A stretch of DNA of 64,000 bases from a virus (IMGVR_UViG_3300021387_000147), one strand, 5' to 3'; shown: positions 46,677 through 57,551, counted from the stretch's first letter. A program made the numbers and translations. Notes: generated from the sequence alone by a model not told the origin.

Positions 46677-47513
46677 ATGATAGTTTGTAAACTTTGTGGC
46701 AAGGAATTTTCGACTTGGTTTCGTTTTGGTCTTCATTTAAGATTGGACCATGATATGACAACACATGCATATTATGATAAATTCTTTAAAAAAGAAGATG
46801 AAGGAAAATGCGCAATTTGTGGAAAACCTACTAATTTCGTCGATGCAGTAAAAGGATATAGAGAAACATGCTCACCTGCATGTCGTAATACTTTACGTGC
46901 TCAACAAATGATGGGACAAACATTTAAATGTGAATGTGCAGAATGTGGAAAAGAATTTATATCAAATCAGGATGCAGGTTTAATTAAAAAGTTAGGTCAC
47001 CATTTAAATGAAATTCATAATATGTCTTTGAAAGAGTATTATGACAAATACAAAAAGAAAGAAGGTGAAGGTATATGTCCAATTTGTGGAAAAGAAACTC
47101 AATTCTTAGGTTATACTGCAGGATATAATCCTACATGTAGTTTTGAATGTGCAAATAAATTACAGAAACAAAATGGAACTGACCAAGGTTCTAGAGATGC
47201 TGAGATAATAAAACAAGAAGCAATCAATAAACAAATACGAAATGAAGAAGCTAAACGAATTCAAGATTATTATAAGTCAATGGTAGATGATGACGAATGT
47301 AATAATTTTCCTGAAAAAGAGAAAGTTATTTCAGAAGCATGGGGAGCATTGAGTAAAAATCCACGAAGAAAATTACAAGATAGAATTTATACCGAAGTAG
47401 ATACATGTAATTATGATATGCCTGTAGAACATGAATCAACTTCAATGAATCAACGTAGAAGATACTCCTATTTAGATGAAGAATCAACTCCAGCATCCGT
47501 GGAATGGTTATAA
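46677..47513 (+). CDS. Multi-zinc-finger protein
   Basis: Two repeats of C2H2 finger plus YYDK...EG.C.ICGK.T.F...GY..TCS..C. Confidence 0.8.
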   Translation: MIVCKLCGKEFSTWFRFGLHLRLDHDMTTHAYYDKFFKKEDEGKCAICGKPTNFVDAVKGYRETCSPACRNTLRAQQMMGQTFKCECAECGKEFISNQDAGLIKKLGHHLNEIHNMSLKEYYDKYKKKEGEGICPICGKETQFLGYTAGYNPTCSFECANKLQKQNGTDQGSRDAEIIKQEAINKQIRNEEAKRIQDYYKSMVDDDECNNFPEKEKVISEAWGALSKNPRRKLQDRIYTEVDTCNYDMPVEHESTSMNQRRRYSYLDEESTPASVEWL

Positions 47514-47531
47514 ATAATTTAGAGGTAGTAG

Positions 47532-49373
47532 ATGGCCGCAAATGCAATCACACAATGGATAAATTCTAAGTCTGACCAAAGTAATGTGTCAACTAATGCT
47601 GAACTATTAAAGAACAGCAAAATGATGGAAAAAGATCTAACACAGATCTTGTATGCTATTGTGCCTATGGTTGAGGCTTTAAATGAAGCTGAATATGAAT
47701 CTACTACTAAAATTAATGAAACACTAAATAAGATTGGTTATTTAGTTGAATTTGTTGCATCAAGTACTGCTGATGCTCTTGATGAATTAAAACAAGAAGA
47801 AAAAGAACAAAATGAAAAGATTGTTGGTCTATTGAGTTATGAAGATCAAGGTGCTAAAGCATTAGTCACATCAGAACCTACAACAGAAACAAAACCTTTA
47901 ATGATTTCTCATGAATCAATTAATGCTTTAGCTGAAGTAATAACTCCTGAACAAGAAAAGATGACAGAAGCTATTACTAATATGGGTAATAATGTTCAGC
48001 AAATTACAAATCAGACTACTGAAATTATTAAGAATGAAAGAGAAGCAAAGATTGATAGTCTTGTAAAAGCAACTGAAAAACCTAAAGAAATAGTAAAACC
48101 AGAAAAAGAAAAGAAAGGTGGACCAGACTTCTCAGGTTTCTTTAATGGTGTTAAAGCAATGTTAAAGAAGTTCTTATCACCTGTTGCATGGATTGCTGCA
48201 TTTATTCAAGAAATTCTTCCTTGGGTATTAATCTTTGGTGCATTGTTTATTGGTTTCTGGGAAACTGCTTCAGCAAAAGTTAAAGCGTATGCTATAGGTA
48301 TATTCGCTGCTATATTATTATCTTGGCGAGTGTTGACTGGTAAAATCTTTAATGATGTAAAATTACTTATTACATTTGGTAAAAAACTTTGGGCTGGTGC
48401 TATCTGGTTAGTTAATAGTTTACATCTAAAAGAACATGCTTTAAAGTTAGGTAATATAGTAAAAGACTTTGCCATGGCTGTTATTCGTCATACTGCTGAT
48501 ATGGCAAGAATTGCTTATGCTTTAGCTTGTGAACTTGCTAAATTCATTAAAGATATGTTTGTGACTGGATTTAAACTTGTCAAAGCTATCGCTTTGTTCA
48601 TTGCTGATATGGCACGTATTGTATTCCAGATTGCAATGGCTGCAGCTCAGTATCTATTAATCGCTGCTGCAGTTATAGCTATTGTAGCATTAGTTGGTTT
48701 AATCATCTATGGACTTATTAAAGTTATATCAATGATTGTTCCTATGATTGTTAATGCAATTACAACATTCTTATCTGCTGCATGGAATATTATAAAAGAT
48801 ATTGCTGGAACACTTGTTGAATTCTTAGCACCTGTTGGTAAAGCTGTTATCGATTTCTTAATGGCTTTAAATCCAGTTTATTTAGTTGTCAAATTAATTA
48901 CAGGTATTGCAGGAGCAATTAAAGATTTCTTTAGTTCTAATGAAAAAGAAGCTGAAGCTCAAGAAGAACCTGTATCTGAAGAAGCAGCAACTGCATTAGG
49001 TGTTACTGCAGATACGTATAATAATGTTGAACAACAAAAGATGAATTTGTTTGAGTCTAAGATGAATGCTGTATTAAAACAGATTAAAGACTTGAGTGAA
49101 GTAATTTTGTTAAGTGCTACAGCAACTATGGTCACTGCTAAATTCTTTGGTGTAAATCCACAAAATGGTCAAGCTGCACCACAAGGAACTTCTATGTTTG
49201 CACAAACAGTTGCAACAGATGGTTCTACTGCAAGTAAATCAATAGAAAAAGAAAATGAACCTATTGATTATAATAAAGTCTTTGAAAAGATGGTTCAATT
49301 ACTTACCGATATTAAGGATAAGAAGATTGAAATCAAAGATGAAAAGAAGAGTGGATTGTTCAATTTATTCTAA
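47532..49373 (+). CDS. Tape-measure-like protein with hydrophobic helices
   Basis: 613 aa helical, Ala/Ile-rich centre, among baseplate genes, late box. Confidence 0.6.
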   Translation: MAANAITQWINSKSDQSNVSTNAELLKNSKMMEKDLTQILYAIVPMVEALNEAEYESTTKINETLNKIGYLVEFVASSTADALDELKQEEKEQNEKIVGLLSYEDQGAKALVTSEPTTETKPLMISHESINALAEVITPEQEKMTEAITNMGNNVQQITNQTTEIIKNEREAKIDSLVKATEKPKEIVKPEKEKKGGPDFSGFFNGVKAMLKKFLSPVAWIAAFIQEILPWVLIFGALFIGFWETASAKVKAYAIGIFAAILLSWRVLTGKIFNDVKLLITFGKKLWAGAIWLVNSLHLKEHALKLGNIVKDFAMAVIRHTADMARIAYALACELAKFIKDMFVTGFKLVKAIALFIADMARIVFQIAMAAAQYLLIAAAVIAIVALVGLIIYGLIKVISMIVPMIVNAITTFLSAAWNIIKDIAGTLVEFLAPVGKAVIDFLMALNPVYLVVKLITGIAGAIKDFFSSNEKEAEAQEEPVSEEAATALGVTADTYNNVEQQKMNLFESKMNAVLKQIKDLSEVILLSATATMVTAKFFGVNPQNGQAAPQGTSMFAQTVATDGSTASKSIEKENEPIDYNKVFEKMVQLLTDIKDKKIEIKDEKKSGLFNLF

Positions 49374-49381
49374 GGTAAAAA

Positions 49382-50233
49382 ATGTCTTTAAGCATTTATA
49401 CACATGATGAAGATACAACTAATATGAAAAATACACACAAATATCATTCGTGTGCATTTGAAATTGGTTTATCAACAAAATCATTTAATGGTGCGGTAAA
49501 ACAATTACCAGAAATTCAAGGCCGTAGAATTATGGAAATTCACGGTATTGCAGATGATGCAATAGAATTAGGTTATTCAACAGGATGGGGAGAATCTCCA
49601 GGTGCAAAAGCAGTTGCTACTATTAAAGAATTTACACGTTCAGATGCATTTAAAATGTTCTCTGGTGGTGTATTCAATTCTAATGCGGCTACTGATAAAT
49701 GGACACAAATCCTTCCTAAAGATGGTGCTAACATTTCTGTAGGAATAAAATTTAGAGCTTATTTTAAAGCAAATTATACGAATACAAATTCATATATGAC
49801 TATTATTCCATGGCTTACTTTTTTAACATCACCAATGTCAGAATTTTCTCTACAAACAGAAGTAAATAATATTGTAAATGCATTAAGTAATGCTAAAGAA
49901 CAAGGTAATCAATTAGGAAAAGAATTAAATGAAGTAGCAAATAGTAATGGAACAATGACAGAAAAAGCTATAACCGCTCTTCATAAAATTTATGAAAACA
50001 TAGAAGCTTTAACAACATATTCCAGAGGAACTGCTGTTTTTACTTTAAAATTTGGTGATTTAATTAAAAAGGCTGATGCTGTTGACTGGATAATTAAAGA
50101 TTGGAGTTTTACTCCTTCAACACAATGTGGTCCAGATAATAACCCACTATGGGTAGATTTTCAAATCAATATGGAAACTAATGAAAAATTATCATATAAT
50201 AATTTATCATTGATTTTTAATTTTATTGAATAG
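49382..50233 (+). CDS. Baseplate tube-cap/initiator (gp48/gp54-like), paralogue A
   Basis: YSTGW, KFRAY, WIIKDWSFTPS, PLWVDFQINME. Confidence 0.55.
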   Translation: MSLSIYTHDEDTTNMKNTHKYHSCAFEIGLSTKSFNGAVKQLPEIQGRRIMEIHGIADDAIELGYSTGWGESPGAKAVATIKEFTRSDAFKMFSGGVFNSNAATDKWTQILPKDGANISVGIKFRAYFKANYTNTNSYMTIIPWLTFLTSPMSEFSLQTEVNNIVNALSNAKEQGNQLGKELNEVANSNGTMTEKAITALHKIYENIEALTTYSRGTAVFTLKFGDLIKKADAVDWIIKDWSFTPSTQCGPDNNPLWVDFQINMETNEKLSYNNLSLIFNFIE

Positions 50234-51605
50234 TAGGTTGTTGAGCTTCATATTTAATTACTTGTTTCCAACGTTGCAATGATTTTACTTGGTCAGGTCT
50301 ACAAGTAATACTAAAATCATAATAAGCATGAAAACCATCCATCATTTCAAGAGATGGTGTCACTTTCCAGTCAGTTATCGCAACGATAATTGGCTTTTTA
50401 AATATGAAACGGAAAATATCTAATTGCCACAAATTAGATGATAAGAATTTTACTTTCCATCTTTCTTCAGTTGCAAATTGTGATGCAAGAGAATTTTCAA
50501 TTTTCTTAAGTGTATCAGAATCTGCATCCATCAATGTTTGATAATTAGCATTAAAATCTAATTTTGCAGATTTAATTTGTTCATTAACATTTTCTAATAC
50601 ACTTCTAAAATAATTTTCTACTTGATCTTTTCCCCAAACATTATTATCCCAATCACCATCACTTGATAGTGCTCCCATAATTGATTCTACATCCAATGTG
50701 CATGTAGTTGTATCTAATGTTTTATCAGTGACATGTTCAGTAGATGTTGATTTAAATGTATAATCTTGGTCTTTCCATTTAAACTTATATGTAAATGGAG
50801 TTTCATCAGTTAAATCTACTTTTGATTCATAAGTACCTTTTTCACCAGATTCAATCCATAAATCACATGTATTTAAAATATCAGCAATATAAACATTTTC
50901 AGATTTTCTGTCATCATCAGAACCTGACCAAACTTTTATTGGTATACCAGCTTGTGTTGTTAACAATTTATCTTTAACTGTTGCTTTTGCATTATTTGTA
51001 AATTCTACAATTTTAAAAGTAATCTGTGAAATTTTTGTTTTACGTATTTTCTTCATTTCATCAGTTTCAGCATTACCATCAGTACCTGCTGCTAAACTTG
51101 AAAAAGCTTCACCAATTTCAGCACCTTCTCCTTTCATTGCAATTAGAGAATCTTTTATGTTCTGCTCTAAAGTACCAACATTTAAAACACCTGCAGCTGA
51201 TACAGTTGCAAATTTAGAAAGATATTTCATCCATGTTTTAGGGTCATCTTGACCTAATAAATTCTGTGGATAAATTCTGAAGTTCAATGTAATATCTTTA
51301 TTTGTACTACCATTATACATTCTAGATGACCAATGGTCCATTAATAATTGTGTAGTATTAACACCACCAGCTAAGAATGTAGCAGTATTAACTAAATCAC
51401 TCATAAAGAATTCTTGAACCTTCTTACCGAATGTTGCTCTTGGAGCTTCAATCCATTCAGTAGACAATCCGAAACTTGGCATTTCTTTTACAATGCCAGT
51501 TAAAGTAATAGGATTTCCATCCGTATCAATAGTTGTTAAATGGAAACAGTTATTACCAGCAAATTCATTTGGATTGCCATTTGTTTCAAATCGTTTCATT
51601 GCCAT
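50223..51605 (-). CDS. Baseplate tube-cap/initiator (gp48/gp54-like), paralogue B with central insertion
   Basis: LSTEW, YNGS...LNFRIY, AITDWKVTPS; start MAMKRF after late box. Confidence 0.55.
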   Translation of the reverse strand: MAMKRFETNGNPNEFAGNNCFHLTTIDTDGNPITLTGIVKEMPSFGLSTEWIEAPRATFGKKVQEFFMSDLVNTATFLAGGVNTTQLLMDHWSSRMYNGSTNKDITLNFRIYPQNLLGQDDPKTWMKYLSKFATVSAAGVLNVGTLEQNIKDSLIAMKGEGAEIGEAFSSLAAGTDGNAETDEMKKIRKTKISQITFKIVEFTNNAKATVKDKLLTTQAGIPIKVWSGSDDDRKSENVYIADILNTCDLWIESGEKGTYESKVDLTDETPFTYKFKWKDQDYTFKSTSTEHVTDKTLDTTTCTLDVESIMGALSSDGDWDNNVWGKDQVENYFRSVLENVNEQIKSAKLDFNANYQTLMDADSDTLKKIENSLASQFATEERWKVKFLSSNLWQLDIFRFIFKKPIIVAITDWKVTPSLEMMDGFHAYYDFSITCRPDQVKSLQRWKQVIKYEAQQPTIQ

Positions 51606-51609
51606 ACTA

Positions 51610-51627
51610 TATTTATGTTCATAAATA
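51610..51627. promoter_or_regulatory. Back-to-back late promoters
   Basis: TATTTATG-tt-CATAAATA, each 4 nt from an ATG. Confidence 0.8.
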
Positions 51628-51631
51628 GAAT

Positions 51632-51943
51632 ATGGAAAGTATAACTTCAAGAACTAGATATTTAGATAAATATACAACTAATGGAGTAAATGAATATGAT
51701 TTAGGTTCATTTACACAAACTGATTTTGATTTCGGAGATCCAATCTATGTTCAAGTAGAACACGAAGAAGTTGGACGTCCAGATTTGATTTCTCAGAAAT
51801 GTTATGGAACTACTAACTATTGGTGGTTCATTATGTGGTATAATGGAATAAGTGATGTTTGGAATGACTTATGTGATGGAATTATTTTGGAAATTCCACA
51901 AATAGATAAAGTCAGAGAATATTTGAAAACGGTAGGAAAATAA
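51632..51943 (+). CDS. Baseplate wedge subunit (gp53-like, LysM-type)
   Basis: GRPDLISQKCYGTTNYWWFIMWYNGISD...ILEIP. Confidence 0.85.
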   Translation: MESITSRTRYLDKYTTNGVNEYDLGSFTQTDFDFGDPIYVQVEHEEVGRPDLISQKCYGTTNYWWFIMWYNGISDVWNDLCDGIILEIPQIDKVREYLKTVGK

Positions 51944-52737
51944 TGGTAAATTTTAGTGAATTATTTAATGTTAATGCTACAACTCTTCCTATGGATAAAA
52001 AGAGTCTATCCTCTATGATGAATAGAGCTACTCTGGTAGGTTATTATCAGTGTGCTTATAGTTCTTTGATTAGCACATTAAAAATGATCCAGAGCGCTTC
52101 TGAGCTATCCGTTTCATTAAATCCACAATGGCTATGGAATAATGCAAACAATCCTACAAATAAATTGGAATGTATTATTCAAATTGAAGGTATACAGACT
52201 TATTCTGAATTCGTAGATAAAGTTGTTAAAAATGATGATGCAAAAGAATGGACAGATTTCTTAACCTATTCTCCTGAATTCAGAGATGAAATTAAAGATT
52301 TGAAAACAAGAGCTTTTAAGAAGTTCCTTTGGAATTATGATAACATAAACAATTGGATAAATGATAATAACGTAGGAGTTATTAAATCCGGTAAAAATCA
52401 ATTAGCTCTAGATTTCGATTATTTCAAACAACAGATTCTTGATACATCTGACTATGAGTCATTTATCAAATCTGCAAATAAAGAACAAATTCAGAGAGCA
52501 ATCGAATATATGACTAGAGAAGGATGTGCTAAATTAAAGAAGTATCAGAATGAATTAAATTTACACATCAAGAATAATAACAAGAGAGAAGAAAATCTTG
52601 TCTTGAAAAATCCAATTATCAGAAAGATTTATATCCTATCTGGCTTACAAAATCAGTGTAAGAATGATTTTCCAAAGATTAAGTTTGAAGTTCTTGATAA
52701 GAAGAGTTTTGATAGTTTAAGTGTATGGGACGTATAA
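51943..52737 (+). CDS. Hypothetical protein in baseplate operon
   Basis: 264 aa, TAATG-coupled. Confidence 0.65.
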   Translation: MVNFSELFNVNATTLPMDKKSLSSMMNRATLVGYYQCAYSSLISTLKMIQSASELSVSLNPQWLWNNANNPTNKLECIIQIEGIQTYSEFVDKVVKNDDAKEWTDFLTYSPEFRDEIKDLKTRAFKKFLWNYDNINNWINDNNVGVIKSGKNQLALDFDYFKQQILDTSDYESFIKSANKEQIQRAIEYMTREGCAKLKKYQNELNLHIKNNNKREENLVLKNPIIRKIYILSGLQNQCKNDFPKIKFEVLDKKSFDSLSVWDV

Positions 52738-52738
52738 C

Positions 52739-55477
52739 ATGCAGATAAAATATAAAGTTGGTATAATTAAAAAATCTAGATACTTAGATGGTACTTGGAA
52801 CTTCCAATACGTCACACAAAACATGGATGGTAAAGATCAAACTGTCTATGGTGGAGTTGAAGACCAAGATAAATCTCATTATCCAGAAGGTACTATTTTC
52901 TTAGATAGTAGTCTTGATGATATTTACGGATATACAACTTTACAGAATATAATTATTAATTCTGAAGGTCCTTCAATCACAGAAGATAAAACTACTCGTC
53001 AAGTTTTAAATGTAGGTGGAAAAGAAAATCCTACTCCTATTAAAGTCAAGTTAATTTTCAAATCTAAATCTCCATTAGATATAATGGAATTAGAAGCTGT
53101 CTGTGGTGATATAAATTTAATCAAAATCCACAGAAAAGATAATCATGTAGAAATCAATCAACTTGTTTCTAATATCAATCTTGATAAGAATGTTGATGTT
53201 TATACATTATCATTTGATTTAAATCCTTATGCAAATGAATCATTAATGGGTTCTACTTTTATAAAGGCATTAAATGATAATGAAATTACAATTAAAGTTT
53301 TTGACATCAATGCAAATGGTGTTGAATATACAACTTATGGTGAACCTTGGAAATATATTGATACAGAAGAAGAAATTTTTGACTTAGAAAAATTAGTCAT
53401 TCGTTTCTCTAATATAATTCCAGAAGACATGATACTTTCACCAAATGTTGAAGGTGAATGTACTGTCACTGTATACAATCCTAATAGTTATCTTTGGACT
53501 ATTCGTCCTACAATTCAACTAAATGAAGAAAGTATTGGTGAAATTGATGGTTCTATTGATTTCTCAGATTATGCTGACCATGGTATTGCAAAGTTTAAAG
53601 TAAAAAGAATTGTTGAATACGGCAATGTTATTGTAGATGCATGGATTGATTTACAAAACCCAAAAATTCATGATATTGTTTATAATGCAACTTATGCTCA
53701 AGGTATATTAGGTCCTTGGTTAGTTGAAGATGAACGTAATAGAAAAATTAAAATGCTAGACTATCCTCCTGCATATATGCATGATAGAGAATACTGGCAA
53801 TTCGTTAAGTTCACTGAAAAATTCTTGAATACTATGTATATGAGCATGAGTAAGAAAGCAAGTATTGGTATTCTAGAAAAGGTTGCTCGTATCGCAGATT
53901 TCAATTACATCAATGATGTTGAAGCAAAATTATTAAATCACTATAAGGAACATTTCGGTATCGAATTGGATCCTAATATAGATGATTTGAGACATTTCTT
54001 ATTACAAAAGAAAATTGCTTTAACAAATGAAGATGGTGAAATTGTTGGTAATGCTGATGCTTATGAAGATTTAACTGGTAAAGAATTAGACAATTTCATT
54101 AGATATGTTTATCATGAAATTCCTGAATATAACCAATATAAGGGTTCTTATAAAGGTGTTAAGATGGCATTGAATATGTTAGGCCTATGTTGTAAGTTAG
54201 TTGAACTATGGTCTAAGGTAGATGATAAACAAAAAGATGATTTAAGAAGAGCTGATGAAATTAGTGATTTCTTCATGAAGAAAATCGATGAAAATGGTAA
54301 TGAAGTTCCAAGAACAACAAAAGCAGCAGTTGCTAAATTATTCTTAACTTCTAGATTCGATGTGGATATTGAAGAACCATCTATTACATTTAGAGAATTT
54401 AATGATTTAGCAGATAACATTTGTAGACTTATTTTCCAATGTAAGCCTGTCACTCGTCTATTGAGAAAGTTGTCCTACATCTATTATATGTGGACTGGTT
54501 TGAAGTTCAGTTATCTATGGTTCCCATTCTATAATACTCAACAGATACATCACTTCAAATATATTTTCCCATTAGCTTCTGATTATGTAAAGACAAAACA
54601 TAAATTTATTTCTACATTGCCTGATGATTATGATCCTAATATTCCTTCTCAAGGTATGTTCATTGAATTTGATAAATTGTTTATCAATCATGTAGCTAAT
54701 GAAGCTTATGTGACTTATCTACAAAATGAAGCAGAAAAGAAATGGAAAGAAGGAACATTTAGAAATACTGATTTAATTACAAGAACTGCAGTAAAAAATG
54801 CTTACTGTAATTTAAGAAATATTGCTTATTGTGCAAAGCTTTCTACAATGCAGAAATTAAAATTCAGAATTGATTATTGCTATGCATGTATAAAAGATAT
54901 TGAAGAAGATGAAAATTCTGAAACACAAAATAAGTGGGAATTTCATTATACAAAAGATAGTTATGTAGAAAATGTAGATAAAACTCAATATATTCTAATA
55001 CAAGAAAATCCTCTAGAATATAACTTCCCATTGTATAATTGGGTAGAAGGTCCACATGGTGACCCAACTAATACTCAGACAATGACAATTGATGAAGCTA
55101 AAAATGGTTTCTATCTATCCTTCAATAAATCTCTAAATGGTCTATTTAACAATAAACCTATTATGCCTGAATTCTTTATCAATGGTGTAAATCATGAATT
55201 TAAGAGACAACATGGTTCTGGAGAATTGATTGAAAATTATAGATACATTCTACATAATATGGATTTAGAAATTGATTTTGATATTGCTCTAGGAACTAAT
55301 TTCATTGCACAACATCATGATACAGCATTAGATACTAAGTTTATCAATCCTCAAGGATGGAAAAAAGGAGACGATCCAGAAGAAAGTGATTCTCGTGGAA
55401 ACGTCTCCATTGGTAAAGTTAATAAAATTGCTGATCCTTCAGAACCTAAGGGAGCTTATCTTGGTCAAGTTGAGTAG
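52739..55477 (+). CDS. Baseplate wedge protein (gp7/P2 gpI-like domain)
   Basis: YPPAYM...FTEKFLN, YNQYKGSYKGVKMALNMLG, CKPVT. Confidence 0.65.
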   Translation: MQIKYKVGIIKKSRYLDGTWNFQYVTQNMDGKDQTVYGGVEDQDKSHYPEGTIFLDSSLDDIYGYTTLQNIIINSEGPSITEDKTTRQVLNVGGKENPTPIKVKLIFKSKSPLDIMELEAVCGDINLIKIHRKDNHVEINQLVSNINLDKNVDVYTLSFDLNPYANESLMGSTFIKALNDNEITIKVFDINANGVEYTTYGEPWKYIDTEEEIFDLEKLVIRFSNIIPEDMILSPNVEGECTVTVYNPNSYLWTIRPTIQLNEESIGEIDGSIDFSDYADHGIAKFKVKRIVEYGNVIVDAWIDLQNPKIHDIVYNATYAQGILGPWLVEDERNRKIKMLDYPPAYMHDREYWQFVKFTEKFLNTMYMSMSKKASIGILEKVARIADFNYINDVEAKLLNHYKEHFGIELDPNIDDLRHFLLQKKIALTNEDGEIVGNADAYEDLTGKELDNFIRYVYHEIPEYNQYKGSYKGVKMALNMLGLCCKLVELWSKVDDKQKDDLRRADEISDFFMKKIDENGNEVPRTTKAAVAKLFLTSRFDVDIEEPSITFREFNDLADNICRLIFQCKPVTRLLRKLSYIYYMWTGLKFSYLWFPFYNTQQIHHFKYIFPLASDYVKTKHKFISTLPDDYDPNIPSQGMFIEFDKLFINHVANEAYVTYLQNEAEKKWKEGTFRNTDLITRTAVKNAYCNLRNIAYCAKLSTMQKLKFRIDYCYACIKDIEEDENSETQNKWEFHYTKDSYVENVDKTQYILIQENPLEYNFPLYNWVEGPHGDPTNTQTMTIDEAKNGFYLSFNKSLNGLFNNKPIMPEFFINGVNHEFKRQHGSGELIENYRYILHNMDLEIDFDIALGTNFIAQHHDTALDTKFINPQGWKKGDDPEESDSRGNVSIGKVNKIADPSEPKGAYLGQVE

Positions 55478-56699
55478 CATTCTGCACATCATTTAGAATG
55501 TGTGTAGTTGCTTCAAACTCCTTAGTATAATATCCCTTATATGGAGTACCATTAGAATCATATAGACGTTTGTCTTCAATTTTAATTCCAATAGGATTTT
55601 TACCCCAAGCTTCGATATTATAATAGTCGAAGCTTTCATTGTATGCTGAAGTTATATTATCCCAAACTAATGTTCTCTTCTTAACAAGTTTAGTTCCTTC
55701 AGGATAGAACTGATATTCAGGTAATTCTTTATAGAAGAAATCTGTTTCCCATGTAATACTCTTTAATGAACCATCTTCATTATATGCACTTACAGGTATC
55801 TTAACATCTGTTCCAGAAATAGCACTTGCATGAGATAACTTACAATTATATAAGTCTTCAAAATCATAACGATTATTCAAAGAACCATCATAATTACCTT
55901 TAATTTCTTCATGCCATGTTTCATGACCTTTAGCAGCGTTAACATAAACATCAATCTTATCGATGATTGCACTTGTCTTAATAGGCTTATACAAATAAGC
56001 TGCAACTTGGAAACTAAATGTAACAGTAATTTCTCTCTTATCTTCTTCACCCATACTTTCAGATTCAATCTGCCATGATGGGTCTCCAGTCAAAGTAAGC
56101 TTAATACTTCTACGCTTATTAAAGAACCAGAATTCCTTAATATTCAAATAACATTCAGGACTAAAACGTGTGCAAACTTGTTCTACAACATCCATTGCAT
56201 CATTCAATAAATCACATTTCAATTCCATAGAAATGTTTATATTATAAGGAACTGGCTGAACATCTGACCAGAATCTTTCAGTCATTTTCCAGTCAAATCC
56301 CATTTCTTCTAGTGTATCATTATAGAAAACTCTATCTGCATATTGACCAGAAAATCTTTCTGCATCAAAAGACATACCATCAAAACGCCAAGCCAAGTTA
56401 GGATAACTAATATAGTATTCCTTACCACTTTCTTGTTGTTTTCTAAAATCAAAAGATTTCATACGTGGTCCAAATTTAATAGGAACCTGAATACATTTAA
56501 TAGGTTCACCAAATTCATTCTTACGGACTACATGTAAATCATTAAAGAAATTTGTAAAAGCAATTGAGATACTTCTCATTGTTTCTGCACAATAATAATT
56601 CTTAGGCCATCCTTTTGTGACTTTATCATCTGTTACTGCAGTAGTGCCTTTGAAATAATTATTTTCTGATATATCATATCCAGGTTGTTTATAATTCAT
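55446..56699 (-). CDS. Tail sheath stabilizer/terminator (T4 gp15-like)
   Basis: IAFTNFFNDL, IQVPIKFGP, PVPYNINISM, VEQVCTRFSP, AYLYKP. Confidence 0.9.
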   Translation of the reverse strand: MNYKQPGYDISENNYFKGTTAVTDDKVTKGWPKNYYCAETMRSISIAFTNFFNDLHVVRKNEFGEPIKCIQVPIKFGPRMKSFDFRKQQESGKEYYISYPNLAWRFDGMSFDAERFSGQYADRVFYNDTLEEMGFDWKMTERFWSDVQPVPYNINISMELKCDLLNDAMDVVEQVCTRFSPECYLNIKEFWFFNKRRSIKLTLTGDPSWQIESESMGEEDKREITVTFSFQVAAYLYKPIKTSAIIDKIDVYVNAAKGHETWHEEIKGNYDGSLNNRYDFEDLYNCKLSHASAISGTDVKIPVSAYNEDGSLKSITWETDFFYKELPEYQFYPEGTKLVKKRTLVWDNITSAYNESFDYYNIEAWGKNPIGIKIEDKRLYDSNGTPYKGYYTKEFEATTHILNDVQNATQLDQDKLP

Positions 56700-56714
56700 A
56701 ATATTCTCCTGAGA

Positions 56715-56732
56715 TATTTATTGATATAAATA
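56715..56732. promoter_or_regulatory. Back-to-back late promoters (gp15 / gp26)
   Basis: TATTTATT-ga-TATAAATA. Confidence 0.7.
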
Positions 56733-56762
56733 GAGTATAACAATTATTTGTGAGGTGAAAAT

Positions 56763-57551
56763 ATGAAATCAGAAAAATTAGATTTAAATAGTGTTAATCA
56801 ATCAGACTTTAGTGCTGTTGCAAAAGCAGTAGAAAACAGTCTACCAAAAGACGCTATTTTATTAGACAAACATTTATTGCCATCTCGTGGTAGATATTAT
56901 ACAGAAGACATTTATGTTAAGAAGTTATCAACTTTGAACATTAAGAATTTGTCTACTATCAATGAGAAGAATGCAAATTATATCATCAATTCAACAATTT
57001 CATCTTGTGTATTGAATATCGATACAAATAAGATTTTGGTTGGAGATAAGCTATGGTTTATCTTCTATCTAAGAGCATTGACTTATGATGATCTACCATT
57101 CCAGATTAAGCATAAATGTGAACACTGTGAAAATACAGTAAATCTAGAATTCACTCTAAAAAATCTTAAGGTCGATTATCTTGATAAAGACGTTCCTTCT
57201 GAATTTATTACAGAAGCAGGCGACAAGATTAAAACTCGTTTCCCAACAATTGGTATGGAAGCTGTCACAAACCGTATGAAGAACGGCCAGGATAGTTATG
57301 AAACATTCAATGAAGATTTGTTGGAATTCGCAGTAAATATCGAATCAGTAAATGGAAAGAGAATGGATATTTACAATGCATATCAGTATGTAGCAAATAT
57401 GGACGCTAAGAGTTTCTCTAAGCTAGTAAATGATATGACAAATTATATGTTTACAGTTCGTCCTTATGCTGAATTTGTATGTCCAGATTGTAAGGAAACA
57501 GTTGCTGAAAAGGTACCTTTCTCTCCTTCATTCTTCTTACCTAAGCTATAA
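56763..57551 (+). CDS. Baseplate hub assembly protein (T4 gp26-like)
   Basis: LPSRGRYY, LVGDKLWFIFYLRALTY, CEHC, RFPT, CPDC, FFLP. Confidence 0.85.
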   Translation: MKSEKLDLNSVNQSDFSAVAKAVENSLPKDAILLDKHLLPSRGRYYTEDIYVKKLSTLNIKNLSTINEKNANYIINSTISSCVLNIDTNKILVGDKLWFIFYLRALTYDDLPFQIKHKCEHCENTVNLEFTLKNLKVDYLDKDVPSEFITEAGDKIKTRFPTIGMEAVTNRMKNGQDSYETFNEDLLEFAVNIESVNGKRMDIYNAYQYVANMDAKSFSKLVNDMTNYMFTVRPYAEFVCPDCKETVAEKVPFSPSFFLPKL

